From Candidatus Marinacidobacterales bacterium (GTDB lineage: Bacteria > Acidobacteriota > Vicinamibacteria > Marinacidobacterales > DATDRI01): DNA of 64,000 bases. The stretch spans positions 2,816,001-2,880,000 of the forward strand of contig OZ245365.1 in NCBI GenBank assembly GCA_965226495.1, given 5' to 3'. The translations under genes and the position numbers were made by a program. Of the stretch, positions 10,083 through 20,449 are shown piece by piece; position 1 is the stretch's first letter, and each line of letters starts with the position of its first letter. The notes under the pieces were generated by a model, which was given only the letters and a program-made list of their open reading frames with translations, had not been told where the DNA came from and did not search any database.

Positions 10083-11234
10083 CTAAATAACGTTGTACTC
10101 GGGAATCGACGGTGGCCCACGGAACCTCTGGATCGAGTACGGAGTGAGGTCGACGCTCTGGGCCTGGCCCTCCATAATCAGCTCCGCGATCGAAAGCCCC
10201 ACAGCGGGAGCATGCATCATGCCATGGCCGCTAAACCCGTTGGCGCAGATGAAATTCTCGAGCTCCGGAACAAGACCGAGGATGGCGTTGTGGTCTGGTG
10301 AGACTTCGTAAAGGCCGGCCCACCCCGTTTTGATCTCCGCCTCCGAAAGGGCGGGCATGCGGTGGGTCGCGTGCTCGCTCACGGTGGCGAGCCAATCCCA
10401 ATCCACCTGTTGATTGAAGCTGGCTGGTTCGTTCCGGTCCGACTCCCCCATCAACATCCCGCCGCTTTCCTTGTGCATGTAAACGCCCGTGCCCCAGTCG
10501 ATGAGCATAGGAAAGCTGTCTGGCACCCACGTCAATGGCGCGGTTACGAAGACCATCCGACGGTAGGCTTCTACCGGAATCTCGATACCGGCCATCTCTC
10601 CGACTCTCGCCGCCCAGGGCCCGGCCGCATTGACCACCGTACCCACGTCCCAGCGGTCCCCATTCACGATCAAACCCTGCACGCGGTTGGATGCGACGTC
10701 CATCGCGGATATCTCCACCGAAGTCTCGAACAAAGCGCCCATCTCTTTGGCTTTCTTGGCATAGCCCTGCACGATGGCCGCAGGGCTCGCAATTCCGTCT
10801 TCCGCCCCGAAGGTCGCGCCCACGAGGTCTTCGGTCTCCATCTCCGGCACGATGCGTTTGGCCTCCTCGACCGTCAGAACCTCAACCGGAACACCCAGCT
10901 CTTGCTGCTTGGCGGCGTTTTCGCGAAAGGTCTCGAGCTGGCTCTCATCGGAAAGCACAAAGAGGTAGCCGTTCTGTCTAAAATCGACGGGCACTCCGAT
11001 TTCTTCTTCGAAGCGTTTCAACGCTGCGATGCTGAGCTTGGACATTGCCACGTTGGCGGCGGTCGTAAATTGAAGCCTAACGCCGCCCGCGCACTTGGCA
11101 GTCGAGCCGGCTCCCAAAGCCTCCTCCCGCTCGAAGACCACGACGTTTTTAGCGCCGCTCGCGGCGAGATGATAGGCGATGGAGACCCCCATGATGCCTC
11201 CTCCGACGATGGCGACCTCGGCAGTGCGTTTCAA
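10083..11234 (-). CDS. FAD-dependent oxidoreductase (DAO/sarcosine oxidase beta-like)
   Basis: 'IVGGGIMG', 'VVNAAGPWA', 'WAGLYEVSPDHNAILG', 'GFSGHGMM'. Confidence 0.9.
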   Translation of the reverse strand: MKRTAEVAIVGGGIMGVSIAYHLAASGAKNVVVFEREEALGAGSTAKCAGGVRLQFTTAANVAMSKLSIAALKRFEEEIGVPVDFRQNGYLFVLSDESQLETFRENAAKQQELGVPVEVLTVEEAKRIVPEMETEDLVGATFGAEDGIASPAAIVQGYAKKAKEMGALFETSVEISAMDVASNRVQGLIVNGDRWDVGTVVNAAGPWAARVGEMAGIEIPVEAYRRMVFVTAPLTWVPDSFPMLIDWGTGVYMHKESGGMLMGESDRNEPASFNQQVDWDWLATVSEHATHRMPALSEAEIKTGWAGLYEVSPDHNAILGLVPELENFICANGFSGHGMMHAPAVGLSIAELIMEGQAQSVDLTPYSIQRFRGPPSIPEYNVI

Positions 11235-11329
11235 GGTTGCTAAGGGTACGGGGAATCGAGAGCTGGCGCAATTGGCTCAATAATGCCCCGTTTGACAGCG
11301 TTGGTGAGGGAATCATAGGGTTTCGAGAC

Positions 11330-11868
11330 ATGAACTTGTCGGCTCTTCGCCGCTTGGCATTCGCCCTCGTTCTTCCCGGCATCGCCCAGAGTAGTCCGGA
11401 ACTTCACATCGATGCGGGAAGGCTGCAGCGGCTTCTCACTGACCTTTCGGAGTTTGGCGAGAATCCCGAAGGTGGTGTTTCGCGACTCGCCTTTTCTCGA
11501 GCCGATCGCGACGCTCGAGCGTGGCTGGTCGACCTGATGAAAAGCTCGGGGCTCGAAGTCTGGGTCCTCGATGAAGCCGTTCTCGCAGATATGATCGCTC
11601 TCATACCGAGCCCGCTTTAGCCGACACGCAGCTCAAGGAGTTCATTGAATCGGTTGCTCGGGAAGCCGACTTCTCGACCCTCCGCCTGCCGAGTGGCGCC
11701 GGTCACGACGCCCAGGTCCTCGCCAAGCATGGGATCCCTATCGGAATGATCTTCGTTCCGAGTCGAGACGGCGTCAGTCACTCACCCAAGGAATGGACGG
11801 ACTGGGTCGACTGCGCCAGGGGGGCGGAAGTGCTCTACCGAACCATTAGAGCCTTGGATAACCGCTGA
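11330..11868 (+). pseudogene. M20 Zn-dependent hydrolase (N-carbamoyl-amino-acid/allantoate amidohydrolase type) with internal deletions
   Basis: N-terminal 'GGVSRLAFSRADRDARAW' and, in another frame, C-terminal 'LPSGAGHDAQ...GMIFVPSRDGVSHSPKEWT'; the middle with the metal ligands is missing. Confidence 0.8.
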
Positions 11869-11875
11869 ATCACGA

Positions 11876-12463
11876 ACCAACATCGTGATGACGCTCCAGT
11901 CGGTTGTCAGCCTGTTTGGTCTGGCTCTCGGGACGGGGCTGGTGTTTGCGCGCTTTTCGCGACCCTGTGTGAGGATCTTGTTTAGCAGGAACGCGATCGT
12001 GGCCCCCTACCGAGGCATAACGGCCCTCCAGTTCAGGATCGCCAACCAACGCAAGACCCCACTCATCGAGGTCGAGGCACAGGTTATCTTCAGCCGTATG
12101 GTGAACGAAGACGGACGTCGAGTGCGCCGCTTCCATCGGCTTCGTCTCGAGCGAAACAAGGTGACGTTCTTTCCCTTGACCTGGACGACCGTTCACCCAA
12201 TCGACAAAGAGAGTCCTCTCTTCGGACTCACCGGTGAGGAGTGTGAGTCGGCAGAGGCCGAGATTCTAGTGCTTTTGACTGGAACCGAGGAGACTTTTTC
12301 TCAAATGGTCCACACACGTTCCTCTTACAAACCGGACGAAATCGTGTGGAATGCAATGTTCGAGAACGTCTTCGAACAATCCGACGGCGGACCGATCACG
12401 GCCGACGTCAGCAGGATCCACGATATCAAGCGGCTGGAGCCTTCTTCGATTGGTGTGGTGTAG
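11876..12463 (+). pseudogene. Inward-rectifier K+ channel (KirBac-like), 5'-truncated
   Basis: 'GLALGTGLVFARFSRP', 'LQFRIANQR', 'FFPLTWT.VHPIDKESPL', 'HTRSSY'; TM1 and the pore filter are absent. Confidence 0.8.
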
Positions 12464-12475
12464 GCGACTCCTTGC

Positions 12476-12985
12476 CTACCGGCTCGTCACGTTCTTCTCC
12501 AAGCGCACCACTGTACCGCCCGCGTCGGGAAACGTGAAGTCCACTCGATCCGCAAATTGGTGCATATAGAACACTCCGCGTCCACCCCCCCGGTCCAGGT
12601 TCTCGGGCCCGCGTGGATCCGGTACTCCTGCAGGGTCGAAACCACTGCCTTCGTCGCCGACCGTAAAAACCAGTTTGCCCTTCCCCCTGACCACGGAGCT
12701 CAGGAAACTCACGTGGACCCGTCGACGTGGGTCGCCACGATTCCCGTGCCTAATGGCGTTGACGATGGCTTCTCGAAGCGCCAATGAGAAGAAGTGAGAG
12801 GCATCGGGACCGAGGCCCTCTTGGATTCCTAGAAGCTCTGCGGCGTGCTGGATGGAGTCGACCACGTTCATCTGGCTCGCTGCGTCTATCTTGAAGCTCT
12901 GGGGCATTCTGGACTCGTCGGCCGACGCCTTTCGTCTCACACTCATCGCCTCCCGGTCAAGCCCGAAGGGCTCATCAGTAGACAC
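12476..12985 (-). CDS. Anti-sigma factor / Ser-Thr kinase (RsbW-like, HATPase_c_2); start uncertain
   Basis: 'LALREAIVNAIRHGN', 'DEGSGFDP..VPDP', 'GGRGVFYM'. Confidence 0.85.
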   Translation of the reverse strand: MSTDEPFGLDREAMSVRRKASADESRMPQSFKIDAASQMNVVDSIQHAAELLGIQEGLGPDASHFFSLALREAIVNAIRHGNRGDPRRRVHVSFLSSVVRGKGKLVFTVGDEGSGFDPAGVPDPRGPENLDRGGGRGVFYMHQFADRVDFTFPDAGGTVVRLEKNVTSR

Positions 12986-13030
12986 CCGATCGGCGGAACG
13001 CTAAACTCGCCAAGTCCAAGGGAATCTACG

Positions 13031-14662
13031 TTGCGTGTTGCTATGGCTCAAATCAACCCCACGGTCGGGGATTTGGCGGGAAATTTGAGCCTAATCCGAG
13101 AAGCGATTCGACGCGGCGAAGAGTCCGGCGTTCAGCTCGTGGTTTTATCGGAGCTCTGTATATCGGGCTACCCCCCCAAGGATCTCCTCGAGAGGTCCGC
13201 CTTTGTGCGAAGATGCGGTGAAGCGCTGGATGAGCTAGCGGCCGGAGTAGGCAAGACGGCCGCGCTCGTCGGCTACCCCGAGGAGAACACGACCTCGGCC
13301 GGCAAACCCGTTTTCAACTCGTCCGCACTCCTGCACGAAGGGAGGGTGGTTTCGCGAGTTCGTAAGACTCTCCTCCCCACGTACGACATTTTCGATGAGA
13401 ACCGGTATTTCGAGCCGGCCGCGGAAACGGTCCCGGTAGACTTCTGTGGCGGCAAGCTCGGCGTTACGATCTGCGAGGATCTCTGGAACGATCGTGATTT
13501 CTGGCCGCAACGCCACTACCGGACCGATCCGGTAGCCGGTCTCGTTCAGCGTGGCGCGGAAGCGGTACTGAATATCTCTTCGTCTCCCTACAGCCTGGGC
13601 AAGGAAGATTTGCGACTCCGGATGCTTCGAGGCCTGGTCGAGAAATACCGAATTCCTCTCATCTATGTCAACCAAGTAGGAGGCAACGACGAGCTCATTT
13701 TCGACGGCAACAGTGTCGCCCTCTCCGCCGATGGCTCGCTCCTCGCAAGGGGCAAACCGTTCGAGGAAGATTTCCTTGTGGTCGATACCGACTCGCAGGA
13801 CAGCGTCGAGTGGTTAGATGCACCCCTCATGGAACGACTGTACGCGGCGCTGGTTCTCGGCACCGGAGACTACGCGCGGAAGTGTGGCTTCCAACGCGCC
13901 GTGGTCGGACTCTCGGGCGGAATCGACTCGACGGTCACGGTGTGCCTAGCTGCAGCGGCGTTGGGAAAAGAGAACGTGCTCGGCGTGAGCATGCCCTCTC
14001 GATACTCCTCCGCGGGTAGCATCACCGATGCTCGCACTGTCGCGGAAAATCTCGGCATAGAGTTTCAAGTCATCCCGATCGAAGGCCCCTTCTCGGCTTA
14101 CCTAGACACGCTCGCGCCTACGTTTAAGGGACGGAAACCCGACGTCACCGAGGAGAACCTCCAGGCCCGCATCCGGGGCAACCTTCTAATGGCCATCTCC
14201 AATAAGTTCGGGCATCTCGTACTCTCAACGGGGAATAAGTCCGAGTTCGCGGTGGGCTACACGACCCTATACGGGGACATGGCTGGTGGCTTGGCGGTAA
14301 TCGCCGACGTGCCCAAGACCCGGGTGTACGAGCTCGCCCGTTATATTAATGAGAGGGGTCCCGTTATTCCCGAGTCGGTGCTCACCAAACCTCCCTCCGC
14401 AGAGCTGCGCCCCGATCAAACGGATCAAGACAGCCTCCCTCCTTATGAAGTGCTCGATCCTATTCTCGAGGCTTATATCGAAGACGCTAAACCGGCGGAC
14501 GAGATTGTCGCTCTCGGCCATGATCGCGAGCTCGTACTCGAAATCGTACGCCGCGTAAACTCCAACGAGTACAAGCGCTACCAGGCCCCCCCCGCTTTGA
14601 AGGTGACTCCACGTGCCTTCGGAACTGGCTGGCGCATGCCTATCGCACGAGCCTTCCGGTAA
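13031..14662 (+). CDS. nadE: Glutamine-dependent NAD+ synthetase
   Basis: Nitrilase domain ('AQINPTVGD', 'EL..SGYPP.D', 'ICEDLW'); synthetase 'GLSGGIDS', 'ENLQARIR', 'TGNKSE', 'PSAELRPDQ.D'. Confidence 0.95.
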   Translation: MRVAMAQINPTVGDLAGNLSLIREAIRRGEESGVQLVVLSELCISGYPPKDLLERSAFVRRCGEALDELAAGVGKTAALVGYPEENTTSAGKPVFNSSALLHEGRVVSRVRKTLLPTYDIFDENRYFEPAAETVPVDFCGGKLGVTICEDLWNDRDFWPQRHYRTDPVAGLVQRGAEAVLNISSSPYSLGKEDLRLRMLRGLVEKYRIPLIYVNQVGGNDELIFDGNSVALSADGSLLARGKPFEEDFLVVDTDSQDSVEWLDAPLMERLYAALVLGTGDYARKCGFQRAVVGLSGGIDSTVTVCLAAAALGKENVLGVSMPSRYSSAGSITDARTVAENLGIEFQVIPIEGPFSAYLDTLAPTFKGRKPDVTEENLQARIRGNLLMAISNKFGHLVLSTGNKSEFAVGYTTLYGDMAGGLAVIADVPKTRVYELARYINERGPVIPESVLTKPPSAELRPDQTDQDSLPPYEVLDPILEAYIEDAKPADEIVALGHDRELVLEIVRRVNSNEYKRYQAPPALKVTPRAFGTGWRMPIARAFR

Positions 14663-14693
14663 CCCTACCGATTCGTTCAATAAGGAGACGACG

Positions 14694-15305
14694 ATGTCCA
14701 ATCTCAACCTATGGAGGGTCTTGGTCGTAATTCTTCTCTCCTCCTCCATCTGCCGCACCGTTCTGGCTGAGGAAAAGGCGGATGATTCCAACACGCCACC
14801 TCCGGCCCAATGGACCCCTGTAAAGAAGGCAGCGGTCGACTGGATCGACCTTAACGCGGCGATGCTGAAAGAGATCAACCGAACGATTTGGGAGTACGCG
14901 GAGCCGGGAATGCTCGAATACCGTTCAGCCGCATTGATCACTCCTACCGTCGGTTTGAGCGTGGCCACCTTCGTCGCAGGCTCACCAGGACACAACTGGG
15001 CCGAGGTCGCATGCTCCCGGTCGTCGATTGGTGAGAAAGGCATGCTGGTAGCAACGAAAGTCCTAGCGGCGACTGCGTTGGACATCTTACAGCAGGGCGA
15101 GACGTTGGCTGCGATGAGGGCCGAGTTCGACGAGATGACCGAGGGCAAAGCCTACCAGTCATCGATCCCTGCCGACGTACCGCCACCCGTCCTCCCTAAT
15201 CCCTACCAGAATCCAGACTGGACTCCCGGCGATTCGGACTACCCGACTTGGGGATCTTTCGTTTGGGAGGAGCTGCCGGCAGAGGACAATCAATCGCCGA
15301 GGTAG
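14694..15305 (+). pseudogene. AbgB-like M20 amidohydrolase with large in-frame internal deletion
   Basis: 'IWEYAEPGMLEYRSA' (N-terminal) joined directly to 'PTVGLSVAT...GSPGHNW...SIGEKGML.A.KVLA' (C-terminal); catalytic core absent. Confidence 0.75.
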
Positions 15306-15309
15306 GAAA

Positions 15310-16107
15310 CTATGGGGCGAGACTCGCTGCCGAGTAGCCTTGCAACCAAACCACACCGGCTAGCTCATCACCGAGGTCGAACGAGGAACCGAGCTCCGCA
15401 ACGATTTTCGAAGCCACAAGAAGATCCGTCGTGGGCCGGTTCGCATCCTCGCCATACAGACTAACGGGAAGACATCGGAACTCACGCTCCTCGTATGAAA
15501 GCGTCTTCGGAGGTCCATCGATCGGGCTTTGTAAGCTACCGCAGTCCCGGTTGCCGGCTTTTTGGGGGACATACATTCGAATACCGTAGAGAGAACGTAA
15601 GAGAACGTCGCCGTCGTCGGGGTCGGTGGAAACAGGAAGTGGCTGGACTCTGCGGAGGGACAAAGCGAGGGCGTTCACGACGAACTCGTGCGTTTCACCT
15701 GCACTGTATCGTGAACGTCCGGTAGAGTGCAGCACATCGTAGAAACGGAAGGTTGCGCCTCCAGTCTCTCCAACGATCCACCCTTCCCGGCCACCGGAGC
15801 CCGAGACGACCTCCGACACCTTGACCTCCATCGTGCGGCCGTCCTTCACGAAGGGGAACGCTACCTTCACCTGCCCTTGGTCGATGACACCGGCGATCCC
15901 GAGCCGCCCGTCGAACTGAGCTCGCAGCTCGACGCCAGCTAGTTTCTCGGACTTGATCGACAGGTGCGGTGTCTCGACCGCATTCGAGACTCTCTCCAAG
16001 ACCTTTCCCGGCGCCAAGGCAAACGTGTCCCAGTACTCGGGCTGCAAGATCCCATCGCCCAACGCTGGCACATTGGCGGTCGTCGACATGATGATGTTCG
16101 GGTCCAT
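15310..16107 (-). CDS. Conserved hypothetical protein (DUF3881-like C-terminal 'G.WLQG' family)
   Basis: 'AFPF', 'EGWI.G', 'F.FYD', C-terminal 'GDELAGVVWLQGY'. Confidence 0.45.
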   Translation of the reverse strand: MDPNIIMSTTANVPALGDGILQPEYWDTFALAPGKVLERVSNAVETPHLSIKSEKLAGVELRAQFDGRLGIAGVIDQGQVKVAFPFVKDGRTMEVKVSEVVSGSGGREGWIVGETGGATFRFYDVLHSTGRSRYSAGETHEFVVNALALSLRRVQPLPVSTDPDDGDVLLRSLYGIRMYVPQKAGNRDCGSLQSPIDGPPKTLSYEEREFRCLPVSLYGEDANRPTTDLLVASKIVAELGSSFDLGDELAGVVWLQGYSAASLAP

Positions 16108-16364
16108 AGGTTCCCCTACAAACGAAGCAATATCTAGACCAGCCATAGCAGGAAGCAAACAGCCCTCAATCAAAAGAAACCAAAGGTCTTAGGGGTTGAT
16201 GGAACAGATGGACTGCGGGGTGGATCCCCCACCGCCGCCTCACCGCGTGTCGCAAAAGCACCCACATGTTTTGGCGGCCGAAGGGCCCGACGGGCAAGGT
16301 GGCATTGGCACCCCCCCGTCGGCGGGCGTTCGAACGCCGAGGGACTAGATACAGACTCGGGGGC

Positions 16365-18428
16365 TCAGGTCAGTCCTAGGATCTGATCCAAGTTGTAGGG
16401 AAAGACGACTGTGAATGTCGACCCCTTTCCCTCTTGGCTATCGACGAGGATCTGTCCGCGGTGGTCCTCCATGATCTTGTAGCAGATCGAAAGGCCCAGA
16501 CCGGTACCCACACCCACCCCCTTGGTCGTGAAACCGGGATCGAAGATCTTCTCTAGTTTCTCCTTCGGGATGCCTTTACCGTTGTCTCGGATCGCGACGT
16601 GGATCTTTTCTTCCTTTTCGAAAGTCGTCACGGTGATCTCACCCTCGTCGACGATCGATTGCTGGGCATTGACGAGGAGGTTCAGAAACACTTGATTCAA
16701 CTGGTCGGGGTAGCAAGCCACGGGCGAAAATTTTCCGTAAACCTTGGTTAGCTTGATGTCGTGCTTAATCTGATGGTGGATCAGGGCCAAGGTATCGTCG
16801 AGTCCTTCGTGTATATCCACTGTCTTCAATTGCGCCTCATCCATACGGGCAAAGCTTTTCAGTCTTCGCACGATGTTCGCCACTCGCAATGTGCCGGTGT
16901 CGATGACCCTGCTAGCGTCCCCAATGGCGCTCAGAGCTCGAGATACCCCCGCCTTGTCGCCGCTCGTTTCGCCGTCGAGCGATTGCTGGAGCTTCCGTAC
17001 CGCACCCTTCAACGTATCGTTCATGCTGTGAATGGCACCGACCGGTGTGTTGATCTCGTGAGCGATTCCGGCGACGAGCATTCCAAGCGCCGCCATCTTC
17101 TCGGACTGCACCAACTGAGACTGCGTCTGCCGCAAGTCCTGATTCGCCTGCGCCAGATCTTCGAGCGCCTTCTTGACTTCACTAATGTCGTGGGCGATTC
17201 CGATGAGGAGCAACACCGTCCCGCTTTCGCTTGTGAGCGCCGAGAGATCGGTCGAATACCAGCGCCAGATTCCGTCCAAGTGACGAACCCGATATTCGAT
17301 GCCGCTGTGCTCCACTCCACCCGCGCGCGCCGCCTGCAACATTTCCCTACAACGTTCCACGTCGTCGGGATGGAGGAAGCTCTCGAAAAATTCCCCCTCG
17401 ACATTCGCCAATTCATGTCCGAGGAAGCGAGTCCAATTCGGTGAGACGTATGAGAAAAGGCCTTGCGGTGTCAGTGAGTAGATAATGTCATTCGCGTTCT
17501 CTACCAGTCCGCGAAACCTCTCTTCACTCTCCCTGAGGGCTTGCCGAGCCCTCCTCCGTTCCTCGGTAACTGCTGCCAGGAGCATGGTCGTCACCATAAC
17601 CACGCCGAGGAAAGTCCAGAGCAGGATCATCCTCTGGTCGAAGACCCCTTGACCAAATGGGCCGTAGCCTTGCGCGGTACCCCAAACACCAAGCGCAGAA
17701 ACGATCAGGATGGCGGTCGATGCGCCGCGAGAACCGAAGCGAAGGGCGGTCCAAACGAGGAAGGGAAAAAGCCCTCCTATCACGCTGAGCGCTGTGGTCG
17801 GCTGCAGCCAACCTCGGAAAGCGAGCCCACTGACGGCGAGAAGGGCCAGCGCGAGAAACACACCTTCGGCGACTCGGCCGATCTGACGTGGCCTCGAGCT
17901 CCAAGTCAGCAGGAAGGGCGCGACGGTGAGAATTCCCATCGTGTCACCCAGCCAGAACTTCAACCATTCGAGCCCTACTTCCCCCGGAGGTATGCGCCCC
18001 GAGGTATAGAAGCTAACGATCCCAATCGAAGAACCGACGATGCTGACCAACACGGCAACGCCGGCCAAAGCGGCGACGTCGTAAAGACGATCGAGAGAGT
18101 TTCGGAAGCCCAACACGCGTTTCAGAAGATAGGCACCCAAAACCGCTTCCATAGTGACCCCTACGGCGCTAATCACGACTTGCAGCGGGGACGCGAACCC
18201 CCACGAGAGAAGGGCAGCTCCGAATGCAAGTCCCGGCCAAAGGCGGAGACGGCCGATGAGTAGTGCAGCGAGGGCGACGCCGCTCGGAGGCCACACCACC
18301 GCGACATCCCAGCCGGACACCATTACGTGAGAAAGCGCCAGCTTGCCGAGCCAGTAGTACGCGGCCGCGAGGGCAACGACCTTAGATAGGTATTTGAGCG
18401 TAGGCTGGAGACCTTTAGACAGGTTCAT
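16365..18428 (-). CDS. MASE1-PAS sensor histidine kinase
   Basis: MASE1 '[10 protein letters not shown]', 'WLGDTMG'; PAS 'FLHPDD'; H-box '[10 protein letters not shown]'; N/G boxes '[10 protein letters not shown]', 'GTGLGL'. Confidence 0.9.
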   Translation of the reverse strand: MNLSKGLQPTLKYLSKVVALAAAYYWLGKLALSHVMVSGWDVAVVWPPSGVALAALLIGRLRLWPGLAFGAALLSWGFASPLQVVISAVGVTMEAVLGAYLLKRVLGFRNSLDRLYDVAALAGVAVLVSIVGSSIGIVSFYTSGRIPPGEVGLEWLKFWLGDTMGILTVAPFLLTWSSRPRQIGRVAEGVFLALALLAVSGLAFRGWLQPTTALSVIGGLFPFLVWTALRFGSRGASTAILIVSALGVWGTAQGYGPFGQGVFDQRMILLWTFLGVVMVTTMLLAAVTEERRRARQALRESEERFRGLVENANDIIYSLTPQGLFSYVSPNWTRFLGHELANVEGEFFESFLHPDDVERCREMLQAARAGGVEHSGIEYRVRHLDGIWRWYSTDLSALTSESGTVLLLIGIAHDISEVKKALEDLAQANQDLRQTQSQLVQSEKMAALGMLVAGIAHEINTPVGAIHSMNDTLKGAVRKLQQSLDGETSGDKAGVSRALSAIGDASRVIDTGTLRVANIVRRLKSFARMDEAQLKTVDIHEGLDDTLALIHHQIKHDIKLTKVYGKFSPVACYPDQLNQVFLNLLVNAQQSIVDEGEITVTTFEKEEKIHVAIRDNGKGIPKEKLEKIFDPGFTTKGVGVGTGLGLSICYKIMEDHRGQILVDSQEGKGSTFTVVFPYNLDQILGLT

Positions 18429-18471
18429 AGCGCAGACAACGGCCGGGCGGTTATTATATTTCTTGCGGATG

Positions 18472-18943
18472 CTATAGAACAGCGGGGCTTGAGGATACTC
18501 GGGCGACGAGCACCGCCTGGCGTTCGTTGAGTCGAATACCCGGGCGTGCGTTACGTAACTGCGTGACGGCGTCTTCGAGGTCGGTCGCGAGCCCCTTGGA
18601 CATGAGCAGCGCCGCGGCGACCATTCCGGATCGGCCGTGTCCCTCCGCACAGTGCAGATAGGTAGGGCCAGACTCCCTAAGAACGGCTTGAACGAACTCT
18701 CTAAACTCGGCGTCCGGCGGCACTGAGGCGTCGAGCGTGGGCAAACACAAATATCGGCGCCCGTCTCGAACCGCGCGTGGCTCGGCGAACTCAGCCGTCA
18801 AGTCCGCCACCGCCCGAACGTCCTTCGGTAACTCACCGGCGAACGCTCGTCGACCGACGTAGAGCCCTGGATAGATCTCCCAGAACAATTCCGTAATAAG
18901 CGAGGAGCCCACCCATCATGAGAAACAGGATTCCATATTTCAT
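18472..18943 (-). pseudogene. Membrane-anchored dual-specificity phosphatase with internal deletion/frameshift near 18875
   Basis: Start 'MKYGILFLMMGGLLAYYGIVLG' is in a different frame from 'EIYPGLYVGRR...DLTAEF...HCAEGHGRS' (CX5R motif intact). Confidence 0.75.
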
Positions 18944-19857
18944 GGCTGTCGTCGCCGACCGTAGCAGAACAGCTTCTTGTTGGCGGTGCTGGTCAGGAGG
19001 TGGCGGTCGTCGATGTCCTCGATCCTGCACTCCCCTGTCCAATCCGGGAGCGATACCCGTTGGCAAATCTCTCCGCTTTGCACGTCCAAAACCCACAAAT
19101 AGTAATGCCCGCCATGCGGTTTGGTAGGATCGAAAGTCAACTCCCGATGCCGGTCCGACACCACCATATAGACGAACCCCTCGCTGTAGCGATAAGAGTA
19201 GTAGTTCCCGGTGATAAAGTGGCCTTCGCGCCCAAGATCGAAATGCCAACGCGATTCGCCGTTGGGGGCGATTCGGAGGAGGTGAAATCCCTCGTCGTCC
19301 TCCGATCCGCGGGAGAGCACGTCCCCGTTGTCGAGCCTCAAGGGTCGCCCCATGTAGAAATTCCAAGACGCGTCTTTCTCCCGAATGTTGCCTCTCCACT
19401 CTTCCCCGTCGGTCTCAATCTCTCCGACAACCTCCCCGCTATGGATGCTCAGGACACGTCCGCCTTCGCAAAAACAGACCGACCCCGCGACATGGACGGC
19501 GGTGCCTAGAACAGGCGGACCGACGAAGGGAATAAGCTCGAGGAGCCTACGACCCCAACTCACTTCCCGTCGACCCGGCCACAACAACTCCCCGGTCGCG
19601 ACCGAGATCCCCCAGGCACCGAAGCTCGCGGTCCAAGGTCCACCGGACTTCGTCTCGGTGGCTACGATGACGCCGTCGCTAATCCCACAGATCGTGTTCG
19701 GCCCCTCGAATGTGTGCTCCCAATGTCGCTGACCGCTCTGGAGATCCACGCAAAACCACTGGCCGACCGCCTTACCATCCGCGAGATGGACATGCCCATA
19801 CCAGTCCGTCAGTACGTTGCGCGCGGTGAACCGCCAGCTTGGTTCGTCGACGATCAT
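18940..19857 (-). CDS. Hypothetical protein, PQQ-like beta-propeller repeats
   Basis: Repeated 'D..SG...W' blades ('DLQSGQRHW', 'VATGELLW', 'NGESRW', 'DVQSGEI'); ATGA overlaps with both neighbours. Confidence 0.55.
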   Translation of the reverse strand: MIVDEPSWRFTARNVLTDWYGHVHLADGKAVGQWFCVDLQSGQRHWEHTFEGPNTICGISDGVIVATETKSGGPWTASFGAWGISVATGELLWPGRREVSWGRRLLELIPFVGPPVLGTAVHVAGSVCFCEGGRVLSIHSGEVVGEIETDGEEWRGNIREKDASWNFYMGRPLRLDNGDVLSRGSEDDEGFHLLRIAPNGESRWHFDLGREGHFITGNYYSYRYSEGFVYMVVSDRHRELTFDPTKPHGGHYYLWVLDVQSGEICQRVSLPDWTGECRIEDIDDRHLLTSTANKKLFCYGRRRQP

Positions 19858-20405
19858 GTCCGGTTCGAAAAATCTATGTATTGGGCCGGAACCTCTCCCG
19901 TAAGCCAAACACCATTCTCCGACAAAAAGAACTCGTAGCCGGCGGCACGCATTTCGCCGGACTCGATTCGTAGGACGACGGGTTCCCCGTGCCTCCGACC
20001 AACCTTGCGGGCCGTTTGCTCGTCAGGCGATAGATGGACGTACTGACGATCTCGGCTCGTCAGCCCCTGGTCGCGGATTCCTTCTAAGAACCGTTTGGCG
20101 GTCCCGTGATAGAGAATCCTTGGCGGGTCGACGGCGTCCAGGCCGAGGTCGATCGGGAGCGAATGTCCTTGTACGGCGCGAATCCGAAGCCCGTCTTCGC
20201 TGAAGCTGAACCGACCCTTGTCGTTTTGCGCGACGACGTCTTTGAGGGAATCCGCCGTTAGCGTGACACCCGCAGAGCTCGCCCTTTCAATTAGTTCTGC
20301 CACGTTCGCCCACCCGCCCTCATCCAGAGACAAGCCAATCTGTTGCGGCTGGTGGCGAAGCACGAGTGCCAGGAACTTGCTGGTACGTACGAGCTTCTTG
20401 TCCAT
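19854..20405 (-). CDS. kptA: RNA 2'-phosphotransferase (Tpt1/KptA)
   Basis: 'SKFL..VLRH.P', 'DKGRF...IRAVQGHS', 'LYHGT', 'RQYVHLS', 'SENGVWL...VP'. Confidence 0.95.
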   Translation of the reverse strand: MDKKLVRTSKFLALVLRHQPQQIGLSLDEGGWANVAELIERASSAGVTLTADSLKDVVAQNDKGRFSFSEDGLRIRAVQGHSLPIDLGLDAVDPPRILYHGTAKRFLEGIRDQGLTSRDRQYVHLSPDEQTARKVGRRHGEPVVLRIESGEMRAAGYEFFLSENGVWLTGEVPAQYIDFSNRT

Positions 20406-20449
20406 GGGCGAGGCTGATAAGGTGATTGCAACTTCCGTGCCGACCTTTG

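Noticed and set aside
16224-16346. Possible 6S RNA (minus-strand ends resemble a 6S closing stem)
   Set aside because: Only ~125 nt, no convincing central bubble or long rod; kept only as a generic structured region.
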